A stretch of 64,000 bases of DNA from a virus, in IMG/VR virus record IMGVR_UViG_3300030329_002114, positions 1 to 64,000 of that record. One strand, 5' to 3'. Below the pieces are notes generated by a model. The model worked only from the letters and a program-made list of their open reading frames with translations. It had not been told where the DNA came from and did no database searches. Shown here piece by piece: positions 10,550 through 19,584 of the stretch (position 1 is its first letter; every line of letters starts with the position of its first letter). Position numbers and translations under genes: made by a program.

Positions 10550-12228
10550 TGAATGCAAGAGAAAGACAAATTTATAATCAATTATTTAAAGCCATAGGTA
10601 TTGATCCCAGTTCTTTTAAAACGCCAACTGCAAAACAAAGTCCATATTTTGATGCTCAAGGTAAAAGAATTCCACAGAAAAGAATTAATCAATATGAAAT
10701 AGTTTATGATAGTAAAGGTGAAGAACTTCCAAATCCAGAAGGAAGAGGATTAATTGAGTTAATACCAGCTAGCCCTAGAGATTTAATAGCTGAAACAGTA
10801 GGGGTAGGTATAGGTGAAGCAGTAAACAATCCTGAATTAGGTGCCGTAGGTGGACTTCTTGCGAGTATACTAACTGGTAGACCAAAACCAAAACAACAAG
10901 TTAGTAATCCTTATAATTCATATAGTTCAAATCCTTACCAATATACAAACTACCCTGTAAGAGTTAAAGATAGAGGAGTTGACAAATACACAACGAAGGC
11001 AATAGACTTAAATCCAAACAACCACCCCCTAAACCCAGAAACCTTTATTACAGAAAACACGAAACTTGTTGAACAATTTAAGGATGACCAAGTAGGTAAG
11101 CTTCCCCTTATGGGGTTGCCTAGACTTGAGTCAGGTGGTACGATAAGAGGTTTAGACGAAGTTGATGTTGATATGATTCTAACGAATAAATATGGAACAG
11201 AATCAATTCCTATATTTCGTCAAGGCGACTATGATCAATTTGGGGAAATTAGAGGCATAGAAAATCTTGAGAATGTACGGGGACAAAAACAAATGATGTT
11301 TGGGAATATTGATCTTCAAATGTCGGATGTTGATATTGAAAACCCTGCGCATTGGAGTAAGTGGATCACAGCTAAAAGTCAAGGAGAAGCTTGGGAGCGA
11401 GCACAGAGGTATGTAAGAGATAATCCAGAAAGACGATTAAGTGTAGATTTAACCCCGGGTGGTATTCGTTTTTATGATACCAGTATGGCTGGAATAACAG
11501 ACAAGATGAAAGGCGAGGCTATCAATAATTATATGAAATTTATGGGGGCATTAAAAACTGATCCAGCATATATGAATTTCGAGTTAAGTAGAATAGCTGA
11601 TCGTTTAAATAAAATTTATAAAGGGGCGCCAAGCAAAGGAAAAGGACAGTTTGGAAAATCTTTATTAGATTTTATATCCCAAAAACCTTATGTTTTAGAT
11701 AAGAGTGGAGCTCCACTTTTTACACAGAAAAACTGGGTTAAGATGTCTGGTCAAAACACAAAACCGGGATATAATCCAGTAATGGAAGATGTTGATTGGG
11801 ATAAGATTAAAGGTATGCCAGAATATGTAAAGAAACGATTTCTTGAAACAGGGGGAATACAAAGTGCAATTCGCTTATCAGCTAAGCCAGAACGAATAAG
11901 CAGATGGGCAAGAAGCAAAGCTGAAGCTCCATATACTTCACAGTGGATAGGAGACATTGTAGGCAAAGAATCTACACAAGCATTATTTCCACAAAGCGCA
12001 ATACGAGACAAGGCTAAGATTATAGATCAGTTAAGATATGTGCAAGGCTTGCAAGACCCTGTAAGAAAAGATTGGGGTGTTGGGTTTGGAGATAGCAATC
12101 TACTTGATCCAGTTTTAAGGTCGTTTGAGAATACAGCACAAGAGACAATCAGAAAAAATTTAAAACTAGGGTTATTACCAGCAATACCTACTTTAAATCA
12201 AGAATTTAACCTAGAGGAGAATAGATAA
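10549..12228 (+). CDS. putative virion-associated protein with a divergent AEP-like catalytic domain
   Basis: 559 aa, start overlaps the giant-gene stop; motifs MSDVD, LTPGGIR, LKTDPAY, RLSAKPER. Confidence 0.4.
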   Translation: MNARERQIYNQLFKAIGIDPSSFKTPTAKQSPYFDAQGKRIPQKRINQYEIVYDSKGEELPNPEGRGLIELIPASPRDLIAETVGVGIGEAVNNPELGAVGGLLASILTGRPKPKQQVSNPYNSYSSNPYQYTNYPVRVKDRGVDKYTTKAIDLNPNNHPLNPETFITENTKLVEQFKDDQVGKLPLMGLPRLESGGTIRGLDEVDVDMILTNKYGTESIPIFRQGDYDQFGEIRGIENLENVRGQKQMMFGNIDLQMSDVDIENPAHWSKWITAKSQGEAWERAQRYVRDNPERRLSVDLTPGGIRFYDTSMAGITDKMKGEAINNYMKFMGALKTDPAYMNFELSRIADRLNKIYKGAPSKGKGQFGKSLLDFISQKPYVLDKSGAPLFTQKNWVKMSGQNTKPGYNPVMEDVDWDKIKGMPEYVKKRFLETGGIQSAIRLSAKPERISRWARSKAEAPYTSQWIGDIVGKESTQALFPQSAIRDKAKIIDQLRYVQGLQDPVRKDWGVGFGDSNLLDPVLRSFENTAQETIRKNLKLGLLPAIPTLNQEFNLEENR

Positions 12229-12323
12229 TGCCACACGGAAAAGGAACTTACGGAAGGAAACGAGGTAGACCCTCAAAAAAGAAATCTAAGTCACGTAAAA
12301 AGAGCAATAAAAAGAAGAAATAA
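12228..12323 (+). CDS. 31-aa highly basic micropeptide (MPHGKGTYGRKRGRPSKKKSKSRKKSNKKKK) with AT-hook-like RGRP
   Basis: ATG overlaps the upstream stop (TAATG), GAGGAG RBS, TAA at 12321-12323; below the ORF-track size cut-off. Confidence 0.7.
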   Translation: MPHGKGTYGRKRGRPSKKKSKSRKKSNKKKK

Positions 12324-12329
12324 CTCCTA

Positions 12330-12601
12330 GGTTGCCAATATGTTGCCAATTTTAGGATAAATAATTTGTAAAAATCAGCTGATAATCTATAATTTTATGT
12401 ATGGGGTTTGTGAAATTTCCTCTTAAGGTTATAGTTTGCGAGAGTAGCTCAGCTGGTAGAGCATCACGTTGCCAACGTGAGGGTCGCGAGTTCGAATCTC
12501 GTCTCTCGCTCATCTGTAACTGTACATAATACTGAACTTATAGGAATCACACTTTCCCCGTACCAGTAGATAAATTTTACTGGTTGCCAAATAATTGCCA
12601 A
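12330..12601. promoter_or_regulatory. putative attP: paired TTGCCAA direct repeats (arm-type sites) on both sides of tRNA-Gly
   Basis: TTGCCAA at 12332 and 12343, and at 12584 and 12595 (11-bp spacing on each side), flanking a tRNA and adjacent to an integrase. Confidence 0.65.
12438..12510 (+). tRNA. tRNA-Gly (GCC)
   Basis: Cloverleaf: acceptor GCGAGAG/CTCTCGC, D arm GCTC/GAGC, anticodon arm TCACG-TTGCCAA-CGTGA, T arm with TTCGAAT; discriminator T; CCA not encoded. Confidence 0.95.
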
Positions 12602-12615
12602 AAAAGGGGGTAAAA

Positions 12616-13503
12616 GTGCTAAAACCTAACCTATATAGGAATGATAATGGCTTTATATACTATCGTAAAATGATAGATAGAAAGCGAGTATCACTTCCAA
12701 CTCACACTAAAGAAGAAAAAGTAGCTAACAAGTTACATAAGGCTTTAGAGTTTCAAGCTTTAAACAATCTTTATAATCCTACTGAAAAAATAGCGTACTA
12801 TACTTTTAGGGAGCTGGTAGAAGAATATTTAGCTCATCCACACGAATGGACTAAAAATAGTAGAAAGATGACAGAAGGCGCTTTAAGACATTTTTTAATA
12901 AAAGGTGTACCTGAAAACAAGAACGCTGCAATCATTGTGAAGGGTAGAGTTAACAGTTGTATCAACTGGGGTGCTAAACAAGGCATACGAACCAATGTAG
13001 TTAAGTTTCAGAAGATAGGATCATCTATACCTAGAACCCGTGTTTTTAATGATGCTGAAATGAAGCTAATCTTAAATGAAACAACACACGATGATTTTAG
13101 AAAGTTTATTCACTTTGCTTATTACACAGGCGCAAGGCGTTCTGAATTAGAAAACCTTCAAGCTTGGGATTTTCAGCCTTTATATTTTAAGGTAGATGGT
13201 AAATCAGGTAGAAGGTTGGTTCGCTTAAACAAACAAGCTAGAATTATTTTATCTGAAAAAGAAGGGATGTGGGAGTATAGCGGTGAGTATATGTCTAAGA
13301 AGTTTAAAAAGAATTTGCGTAGACTGGAGATTAAAGATGGTAGGTTTCACGATTTAAGAAGAACTTTTGGATACAATCTAATTGTAAAGAATGACATCCC
13401 TATATATAAGGTAAGTAAATTATTGGGACATAGTAGCGTACTTACTACAGAACGTCACTATGCCCCTTTACTTGCAACTAATGTTGAGGATTTTATTTTA
13501 TAA
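12616..13503 (+). CDS. int: tyrosine recombinase/phage integrase
   Basis: YTGARRSE, FHDLRR, LLGH, TERHY catalytic motifs; GTG at 12616 after AGGGGG preferred over the track's TTG at 12595. Confidence 0.92.
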   Translation: MLKPNLYRNDNGFIYYRKMIDRKRVSLPTHTKEEKVANKLHKALEFQALNNLYNPTEKIAYYTFRELVEEYLAHPHEWTKNSRKMTEGALRHFLIKGVPENKNAAIIVKGRVNSCINWGAKQGIRTNVVKFQKIGSSIPRTRVFNDAEMKLILNETTHDDFRKFIHFAYYTGARRSELENLQAWDFQPLYFKVDGKSGRRLVRLNKQARIILSEKEGMWEYSGEYMSKKFKKNLRRLEIKDGRFHDLRRTFGYNLIVKNDIPIYKVSKLLGHSSVLTTERHYAPLLATNVEDFIL

Positions 13504-13506
13504 ACC

Positions 13507-13878
13507 TTACTTAACTCCTTTTTCTAATTGCTCTTGTGTTGGGTATCCAAATGTTCCTTGTCGAACCACTTTTATTTTATACTTTTCACCAAACCCTTCC
13601 ATATCTAACAAACCATTTGCAATTACAGATTCAATTAAATCATCATTTTCAAATTTAAACAAATCACTAGGCAATACAGGTGAATACATATATAACCAAT
13701 CTTCATAAAGATCAACTAAATCAGTAGTGTTTACTTGAAACATACTAAATTTGTGAATTCTCCAAAGAATCTCTTCTTTGATTAAAGCATCTTTCATAAA
13801 TGGAGGATTTTTTTCAATGCACCATTTAATAAATTTCTTTTCTTCAACATATAGTATAATTCTTTTATCTTTTGTCAT
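13507..13878 (-). CDS. hypothetical phage protein
   Basis: 123-aa ORF in a tightly packed minus-strand operon. Confidence 0.55.
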   Translation of the reverse strand: MTKDKRIILYVEEKKFIKWCIEKNPPFMKDALIKEEILWRIHKFSMFQVNTTDLVDLYEDWLYMYSPVLPSDLFKFENDDLIESVIANGLLDMEGFGEKYKIKVVRQGTFGYPTQEQLEKGVK

Positions 13879-14261
13879 TACTGATCCTTTTTATTACTTC
13901 TTGTTAAAAATTCAAACACATCAGGTGTTTTATGTCTGTCTTTAATAATTATATTCTTTTTTCGTTTAACCACTTTTTTCATTCTATCGTCATAAGAATA
14001 ATACTCTTTTTTTTTCTGTTCTTTTTTAGTCCTCATCAAATTAAAGTACCCTTGATTAATAAGGCTTTCTCTTTTTTTCTGTTCTTGCAGCCCTACTGTT
14101 TTTAATTCAGGTTTTAACTCCATCCTTAATTCCATTTTATCAACCTTGTCTATTTCGTAGAATGGCTTTTCACAGTAATTACATACTCCGTTTAGATATT
14201 TTCTTGCATCTTGATCAGACATCTGCCAAGGACCAGCACAAGAACATTTAAAAAGTTTCAT
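13878..14261 (-). CDS. hypothetical protein with N-terminal Cys motifs (possible Zn binding)
   Basis: CSC...CNYC; overlaps neighbouring genes. Confidence 0.5.
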   Translation of the reverse strand: MKLFKCSCAGPWQMSDQDARKYLNGVCNYCEKPFYEIDKVDKMELRMELKPELKTVGLQEQKKRESLINQGYFNLMRTKKEQKKKEYYSYDDRMKKVVKRKKNIIIKDRHKTPDVFEFLTRSNKKDQ

Positions 14262-14520
14262 TATGCTGTACTATATCTTTTTCAAATTCCCTTCTTTGGT
14301 TTTGAAGTTCATCTCCCGATAGCCACTCTTTCCAATCCTCTGGTCTTTCTTTCCAAGATTCTATTATATCATTATATAGTATATCAGGTGTCCAAGGTTT
14401 ATCTTCATTTTTACTGTTAGCAATATCTCGCAGTGTTTTAGCTCCTTCATTTTCACTCCAGCCCAGCCAATACCTTACCATATCTAATGTAATTTTTATG
14501 TTTTTAACATTCTGGGTCAT
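14248..14520 (-). CDS. hypothetical phage protein
   Basis: 90-aa ORF in operon. Confidence 0.5.
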   Translation of the reverse strand: MTQNVKNIKITLDMVRYWLGWSENEGAKTLRDIANSKNEDKPWTPDILYNDIIESWKERPEDWKEWLSGDELQNQRREFEKDIVQHNETF

Positions 14521-14854
14521 TTTGTATCCCCTTTGTTTGTTGTTTTTCGTCTGTTATCAATGTTACTAACAACAGTAGGTACTGAATTGCATCTGATATT
14601 CTCCCTTCAATCTTCTCATCAGAATATTCAGTACCTTTATTAACATAGTTAGTAATAGAGTCCATATGCTTTAACAGATAAACCATTATAGCTTTTTTAG
14701 GATCAATATCTAATCTATTGCCTACATTTTTAAAATTAGCGTGAACATCTTTATCACCTTGGCTAATAGTGTATTCTATTCTTTTTTCAGAAGCCATTTT
14801 ATGTGACTCCCCTAAAAAATTTCTTATAGTTTTATTATATCTGTCATTTGTCAT
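14504..14854 (-). CDS. nucleotide-modification-associated (DUF1599/Nmad1-like, MazG-fold) protein
   Basis: KRIEYT...ANF...YLLKH...IEGRISDAIQYL; paralog at 59607..59948. Confidence 0.6.
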   Translation of the reverse strand: MTNDRYNKTIRNFLGESHKMASEKRIEYTISQGDKDVHANFKNVGNRLDIDPKKAIMVYLLKHMDSITNYVNKGTEYSDEKIEGRISDAIQYLLLLVTLITDEKQQTKGIQNDPEC

Positions 14855-15057
14855 TATGCTCTTACCTCTTTCTGTTCTTCTTTAAGTATAAAATCAAAAT
14901 CTTCTTCGATTTTTGTTGGTTGTTCAGAATCTTTAAGATTGTTTTTATCATATATCTGTTCTAATAAAAAGCGGATGTGTTCTTCTTGTTCATCTTTATT
15001 AAACTCGTGAACAATTGAATCCATTACTTTATCTATTTGTTTTTGTATAATGCTCAT
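14854..15057 (-). CDS. hypothetical acidic protein
   Basis: LLEQIYD...IEEDF shared with 61483..61719. Confidence 0.6.
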   Translation of the reverse strand: MSIIQKQIDKVMDSIVHEFNKDEQEEHIRFLLEQIYDKNNLKDSEQPTKIEEDFDFILKEEQKEVRA

Positions 15058-15066
15058 TTCAAATTC

Positions 15067-15393
15067 CTATTTGCTAGCTATATATGGGGTATTTTCAGTA
15101 TAAAATAGCTTGCTAGAGGTCACTTTTTTTACTTTATCGCGTGTTATGTTGCCTAAAGTTCTTTTAGCTTTCTCGAGCGTATTTTTCTTTGAAACGTAAA
15201 CCCATAATCTTGAGTTAAGAGACCATAAGACCAGCTTAAAGTCTTTTCTCTGTCTCATTTTCTTGTGTATATCGGGGTTGTTAGTTTGATAACGATAATG
15301 TTTATCGCCACGAATAAATGGATATTCTCGCCACATATATGTTTTATCCATCACATACCTCGCATATTTTTTTGTCACATGGTATGCCACCAA
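15067..15393 (-). CDS. hypothetical basic protein
   Basis: ORF in operon; true start may be a downstream ATG. Confidence 0.45.
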   Translation of the reverse strand: MVAYHVTKKYARYVMDKTYMWREYPFIRGDKHYRYQTNNPDIHKKMRQRKDFKLVLWSLNSRLWVYVSKKNTLEKAKRTLGNITRDKVKKVTSSKLFYTENTPYIASK

Positions 15394-15652
15394 AGATACT
15401 TCTACTTAAATAATCCACAACTTTTTTCTTGCGAACATTTAGCTTATAGCACCAATATCTATTGCATCCCAAGCAGAGATAAGGCGGATATTCTGTTGGG
15501 TTTTTACCTCGCCAACTTTCAATCGCCTTATCTTCTGCAACTAATTTAAGATCAATCCATTCTTCAGCATCTTTGCCAAAATAGTAGATTAAATCAAGTA
15601 TTCGAGCCTTTCTTTTACCTCTTTCATCAGAAGTTTCCAATCTGGAAGCCAT
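15344..15652 (-). CDS. hypothetical protein with CxxC...CxxC-like motifs
   Basis: CLGC...C...CEVC; GGAG RBS upstream. Confidence 0.55.
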   Translation of the reverse strand: MASRLETSDERGKRKARILDLIYYFGKDAEEWIDLKLVAEDKAIESWRGKNPTEYPPYLCLGCNRYWCYKLNVRKKKVVDYLSRSIFGGIPCDKKICEVCDG

Positions 15653-15851
15653 TTGCGTATCTCCATACTGACTTCCTTACCATCTTCATTAAATCTTTAT
15701 ACTGGGAATTTCCTTTTTAATCTATCATATAGGGTCATAGAGCATACTATTAATGCCAATCCCCCAAATAAAACACCTATCCAAATAAGTAATGCTAAAC
15801 CAAGAACAAGAATATTTGCAATCCATTCAGCAATTGTCCATATTGTAAGCA

Positions 15852-16109
15852 TTAGTTATTACCGTATGTGTTAAGTGTTTTGTTAATTAATTCAGCTACT
15901 TTGTTGAGTCCATAGTCATCGGGTTCAAAAGACTGAACATTGTTTATATCTCGCTTTATTGATTTTAAAGCTTCTTTTAGTTTCGTTATAATATGGTCTG
16001 ATTTCATAAGTTCTCCAGAGAGTTTAGCCAATTCCCCTTCGTAATATGATTCAGGATTTAAGGATTCGAAAGTATCACCCATTTGGATGAGTTCCATCCC
16101 ATATTTCAT
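15852..16109 (-). CDS. hypothetical protein
   Basis: ORF in operon. Confidence 0.45.
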   Translation of the reverse strand: MKYGMELIQMGDTFESLNPESYYEGELAKLSGELMKSDHIITKLKEALKSIKRDINNVQSFEPDDYGLNKVAELINKTLNTYGNN

Positions 16110-16266
16110 CTAACTTATTTTGCATATTGTCTAATTGTTCCTGCCTAAGATGCTCTCTGTAGGTGTTAACAAAAATCCAAATAGCAATCATTAGCATCGT
16201 AATCCATTCCATACTATTGCTTACAAACATATGATAAGCATAAGTAGTCCAACTAACATCATTCAT
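16075..16266 (-). CDS. small membrane protein
   Basis: Single hydrophobic segment WITMLMIAIWIFV. Confidence 0.5.
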   Translation of the reverse strand: MNDVSWTTYAYHMFVSNSMEWITMLMIAIWIFVNTYREHLRQEQLDNMQNKLDEIWDGTHPNG

Positions 16267-16591
16267 TTTTACTCCTTTTGATTATATTTTCTCTTAAAGA
16301 CTTTGGAATATTTTTCCATTTAGCAAAGGTTTCTCTTTTGCCAACTAAGTTTTTATATCTAGTGTGTGCTGCTCCATTTTTCTCTATCAAGCCTTCTTCT
16401 AGCATTTCTTTATACATCCCAATAAGCCCATACAACCCAACCTTAGTGTGGTGTGATTGTATTTGTTTAGTCACAATTTTCACCTTTACAAGCCCCTTGA
16501 TTAGATTCAACCATTTCTTTATCGCTAATAAGGTTTTCTGTATTTGAATCAATCTTATTAACAGCGTCATTGGCTTTTCTATGAAAATCAT
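16259..16591 (-). CDS. hypothetical protein (true start probably further 3')
   Basis: IEKNGAAH motif shared with 59441..59623 (IEKNGAAY). Confidence 0.5.
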   Translation of the reverse strand: MIFIEKPMTLLIRLIQIQKTLLAIKKWLNLIKGLVKVKIVTKQIQSHHTKVGLYGLIGMYKEMLEEGLIEKNGAAHTRYKNLVGKRETFAKWKNIPKSLRENIIKRSKNE

Positions 16592-16733
16592 TCATAAATC
16601 CAGCAAGCTTTCCATCTTTATTGGTTTGATATAGAGATTTTGTAATTTCTTTTATCTCGTCTAATTCGAACCAAATCCCAAATTTGTGAACTTGCTGTGT
16701 TCTTGTTTCTGTTTTTATTGTCATATCGATCAT
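16467..16733 (-). CDS. hypothetical protein
   Basis: 88-aa ORF with AGGAA RBS. Confidence 0.55.
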   Translation of the reverse strand: MIDMTIKTETRTQQVHKFGIWFELDEIKEITKSLYQTNKDGKLAGFMNDFHRKANDAVNKIDSNTENLISDKEMVESNQGACKGENCD

Positions 16734-16859
16734 TTATTTTCCTTTTTCTTTAAAGTTGTTGGGGTTCAACAGCGCCAACCATTTCACTTGTTAAAACTAA
16801 TCCCACAACCAAACACGATTGTTTTTATTAGGTTACTCAAAGTGCGAACCCCAAAGTTG

Positions 16860-17066
16860 TTATTTTTCACAGATTTTGCATATAATTCTGTTTAATCCAT
16901 ATGTGGGCATATCTGTATATCTAATCGCTGACCCACTTAAAGAAATTGACCATACCATTTTACAGCTAGGGCAAAACTTTAATGTCCTTTCAATATGAGC
17001 AAGATTTGCACTGTGCTTAAAAGTTCTTGTAGAGCGTCTAGACATTTTCTTTATGACCCATTCCAT
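16860..17066 (-). CDS. small zinc-ribbon protein
   Basis: CPSC...CKIC. Confidence 0.55.
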   Translation of the reverse strand: MEWVIKKMSRRSTRTFKHSANLAHIERTLKFCPSCKMVWSISLSGSAIRYTDMPTYGLNRIICKICEK

Positions 17067-17068
17067 TA

Positions 17069-17269
17069 TTATTTATCCTTTGCAAATTCCAAAGCAGAAT
17101 TATAATCGGATTCAAGTTTGTGAATCCCATCATTTTTATATGCTTTTTCAATTAAGTGTTTAATCTCTTCAACTGCAGTATCACAATCATATCTTATCCA
17201 TCTTGCTATTTTTGTTATCTTCTTATTACAATCTTCACAAGCAACTGCATCTTTAATTGAATGCACCAT
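17069..17269 (-). CDS. hypothetical protein
   Basis: 66-aa ORF in operon, CEDC motif. Confidence 0.45.
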   Translation of the reverse strand: MVHSIKDAVACEDCNKKITKIARWIRYDCDTAVEEIKHLIEKAYKNDGIHKLESDYNSALEFAKDK

Positions 17270-17273
17270 TACT

Positions 17274-17585
17274 TTATCCCTTGAGTTGTTTTAAAAGATT
17301 AAGAAATTTATCCATTGGCATTAAAGCGTATGTGTCTCCACGATCCTCCCTAAATGCTACTATATCTGTGTGTTCACACTTTAGGTATTTAGGAAGTGTT
17401 TTTCTGCGTTTTGCTTGAACTGTATATTCTTCTATCTTTAGATCAACTTCTTCGTGCAGTCCTAATGATTGACCATTAGATCCCCAAGCGCGTTGGGCTG
17501 AGAAACCCCAGCCCTTAGCGTTGTTGACAAGCTCTCGCTCAAAAGAATTACCTTTACGTTTACTTGGGTTGCTCAAGGTAGCCAC
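17274..17585 (-). CDS. Holliday junction resolvase (Hjc-like PD-(D/E)xK)
   Basis: KRKGNSFERELV...EVDL...VQAK; paralog at 61160..61486. Confidence 0.8.
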   Translation of the reverse strand: MATLSNPSKRKGNSFERELVNNAKGWGFSAQRAWGSNGQSLGLHEEVDLKIEEYTVQAKRRKTLPKYLKCEHTDIVAFREDRGDTYALMPMDKFLNLLKQLKG

Positions 17586-17764
17586 TTAGTCCATCTATGT
17601 AAAGTAAGACTACACTCCATTGGTCCAAAACCGAACCCTAGATTAAAGTGCTCACCATTAACATTGTGAAACCCAATAAACATATTTATTAGAGTAAAAA
17701 GGACAAGCCTAGCTCCAATCCCCTCACTATTATCTAACATTTCTAATTTGAATAAGTATTTCAT
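17573..17764 (-). CDS. small hypothetical protein
   Basis: Overlaps primase stop and resolvase start. Confidence 0.45.
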   Translation of the reverse strand: MKYLFKLEMLDNSEGIGARLVLFTLINMFIGFHNVNGEHFNLGFGFGPMECSLTLHRWTKWLP

Positions 17765-19584
17765 AGTGTTCCTTTACTAAATCCCTGATCGTGCAGAACA
17801 ATGGGAGGGGGTTCTTTAAATATCATGTGTTCTTTATTAAACGTAAACATTATTTTAAGACCCTTTCCATCTCTGTTTTTATCAGAGGTAATTAATCTTT
17901 CACTCTCTATTCTAGTTCCGTTAAGCGTTAATACTTTATCAGCTTCTTGCACCACAGTACTAGAGCCTTTTGCAGAATTAAGATCAACATAACCAGTTTT
18001 AGCTGATTCCTTATTAATGTGATGAACTGCTACTACAACACATTCTTGATTGACAGCTATGTCTTTCAATCTTGTTACAATAGAATTCATTTTATCAAAT
18101 TCGTTATGAACATTTCTCACAATAATTTTATTAGTAGGATCAACCATTACTATATCTGGATTAAACCGAGCAACTTCTTCCTCTAGTTTATCTACATCGG
18201 GACATTTATGAACTGGGTGAATGTGATCAACTGAATCATATAGGGTTGAGGTATCTTTAAGTTCCTTATGGTACTTATTAGATTCATCTTTAGAGTACCC
18301 TAGAGAGATTTGGATAAATCTTCTATAGGTAAGATGCCAAGTATTCTCTAGCGAAAGATATAATATCTTATGCTTTCTTAAGAGAACAGCGAGATTAGAT
18401 AAGTATGTAGACTTACCCATTCCTGTATCACCTAAAAGAATTACAAGTTCACCCGGCATTACCCAAAAGTCAGAGTTCCAAGTGTGGTAAAGGTCTTTAA
18501 AATTAAAAGCACTTTTTGATATACCAGACTCTAAAAACTCTTTATACTTTTCAGCTAATGTACTCATATTTTCAATCGGCATAGAATAATCTTTCCGTTT
18601 GAAATGAATACATTTTGGATCACAGTATTTAGACATTATATAATCATTGCACCAATAATTGTACCCTTTGTCGTAGGCACTATTTGCAGTACTTATAGCC
18701 TCTTCTTTATTGCCAGTCCATCCAATTAAAGTTTGAATCACAGTTTCTTTAGGAATACCTGATCTTCTATACCAAGCAGCAATCCTCATCATAGACTCAT
18801 TTCTCTCTCCCGGAATCGGGGGTTTAGATAAAAGAGTCTGCATACAAGTAACCACTCTAGTGGGATCAATATCAAATGTAGACCTTTGAACAGTAGCGCT
18901 TTTATAGATTTTTTCAGCTTCAAGCTTTAAGTATTTCTTAAGGTAGGGAGTAACATTCTTAAAAGCATACTTCTTTAAATCTATTTTGGTGGGGATTGTA
19001 GAAGCCTTTTCTTTTATTTTATCTAAACTAAAAGTATTCAGTTCTCTTAAAGTTAATGGAACTTTAAATAAACCACTCTTTTTGTTGTAGCTAAAAGGCG
19101 ACCTTATCAATCTTGCCCCATCATAGATTTTATCAGCATCAGGGAAAACATCTTCTAATGTTGCTTTAACTGAAAAAGGTAGAGTAGTAGAAGGAGTGAA
19201 TCCAAACAAATTAGGCAATGTAACGTGAAAACCAGTTCCACTATACCAAATTCGTATATGTTCTTCTTTAATTGATAAATCTTCTATTAAGTCCGTGTTT
19301 ACAAAGAATCTAATTGCCTGAAGTCTTTCACTTTCAGACACTTCTTTATAATCAAGGTCTAGAATAATCTGATCAATATAATAAACGCCTTTAAAGGTGC
19401 TTATAGAATTTCTACCATCTAAATGACTTTGAACCTCTTGGTCAAAAGAATACCAGCTGTGATACAATTCGTGTTTATTTTCAGGAAGCCCAATGAGGCT
19501 AGGCAAATTCTCAATTAAATCTGCCCGACCTCTATTAGCTATATGCCCTGAAGCTATTTCTACGAAATGTGTTGGATTTCCCAA
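17761..19584 (-). CDS. AEP primase(-polymerase) fused to DnaB-like SF4 helicase
   Basis: AEP motifs ILDLD, SGTGFH, DKIYD; Cys-rich linker; Walker A GDTGMGKS, VMVD, HHINK, KGSS...QEAD. Confidence 0.88.
   Translation of the reverse strand: MGNPTHFVEIASGHIANRGRADLIENLPSLIGLPENKHELYHSWYSFDQEVQSHLDGRNSISTFKGVYYIDQIILDLDYKEVSESERLQAIRFFVNTDLIEDLSIKEEHIRIWYSGTGFHVTLPNLFGFTPSTTLPFSVKATLEDVFPDADKIYDGARLIRSPFSYNKKSGLFKVPLTLRELNTFSLDKIKEKASTIPTKIDLKKYAFKNVTPYLKKYLKLEAEKIYKSATVQRSTFDIDPTRVVTCMQTLLSKPPIPGERNESMMRIAAWYRRSGIPKETVIQTLIGWTGNKEEAISTANSAYDKGYNYWCNDYIMSKYCDPKCIHFKRKDYSMPIENMSTLAEKYKEFLESGISKSAFNFKDLYHTWNSDFWVMPGELVILLGDTGMGKSTYLSNLAVLLRKHKILYLSLENTWHLTYRRFIQISLGYSKDESNKYHKELKDTSTLYDSVDHIHPVHKCPDVDKLEEEVARFNPDIVMVDPTNKIIVRNVHNEFDKMNSIVTRLKDIAVNQECVVVAVHHINKESAKTGYVDLNSAKGSSTVVQEADKVLTLNGTRIESERLITSDKNRDGKGLKIMFTFNKEHMIFKEPPPIVLHDQGFSKGTL

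Noticed and set aside
12595-12615. TTG start for the integrase given in the ORF track
   Set aside because: It overlaps an att-arm repeat and lacks an RBS; in-frame GTG at 12616 follows AGGGGG
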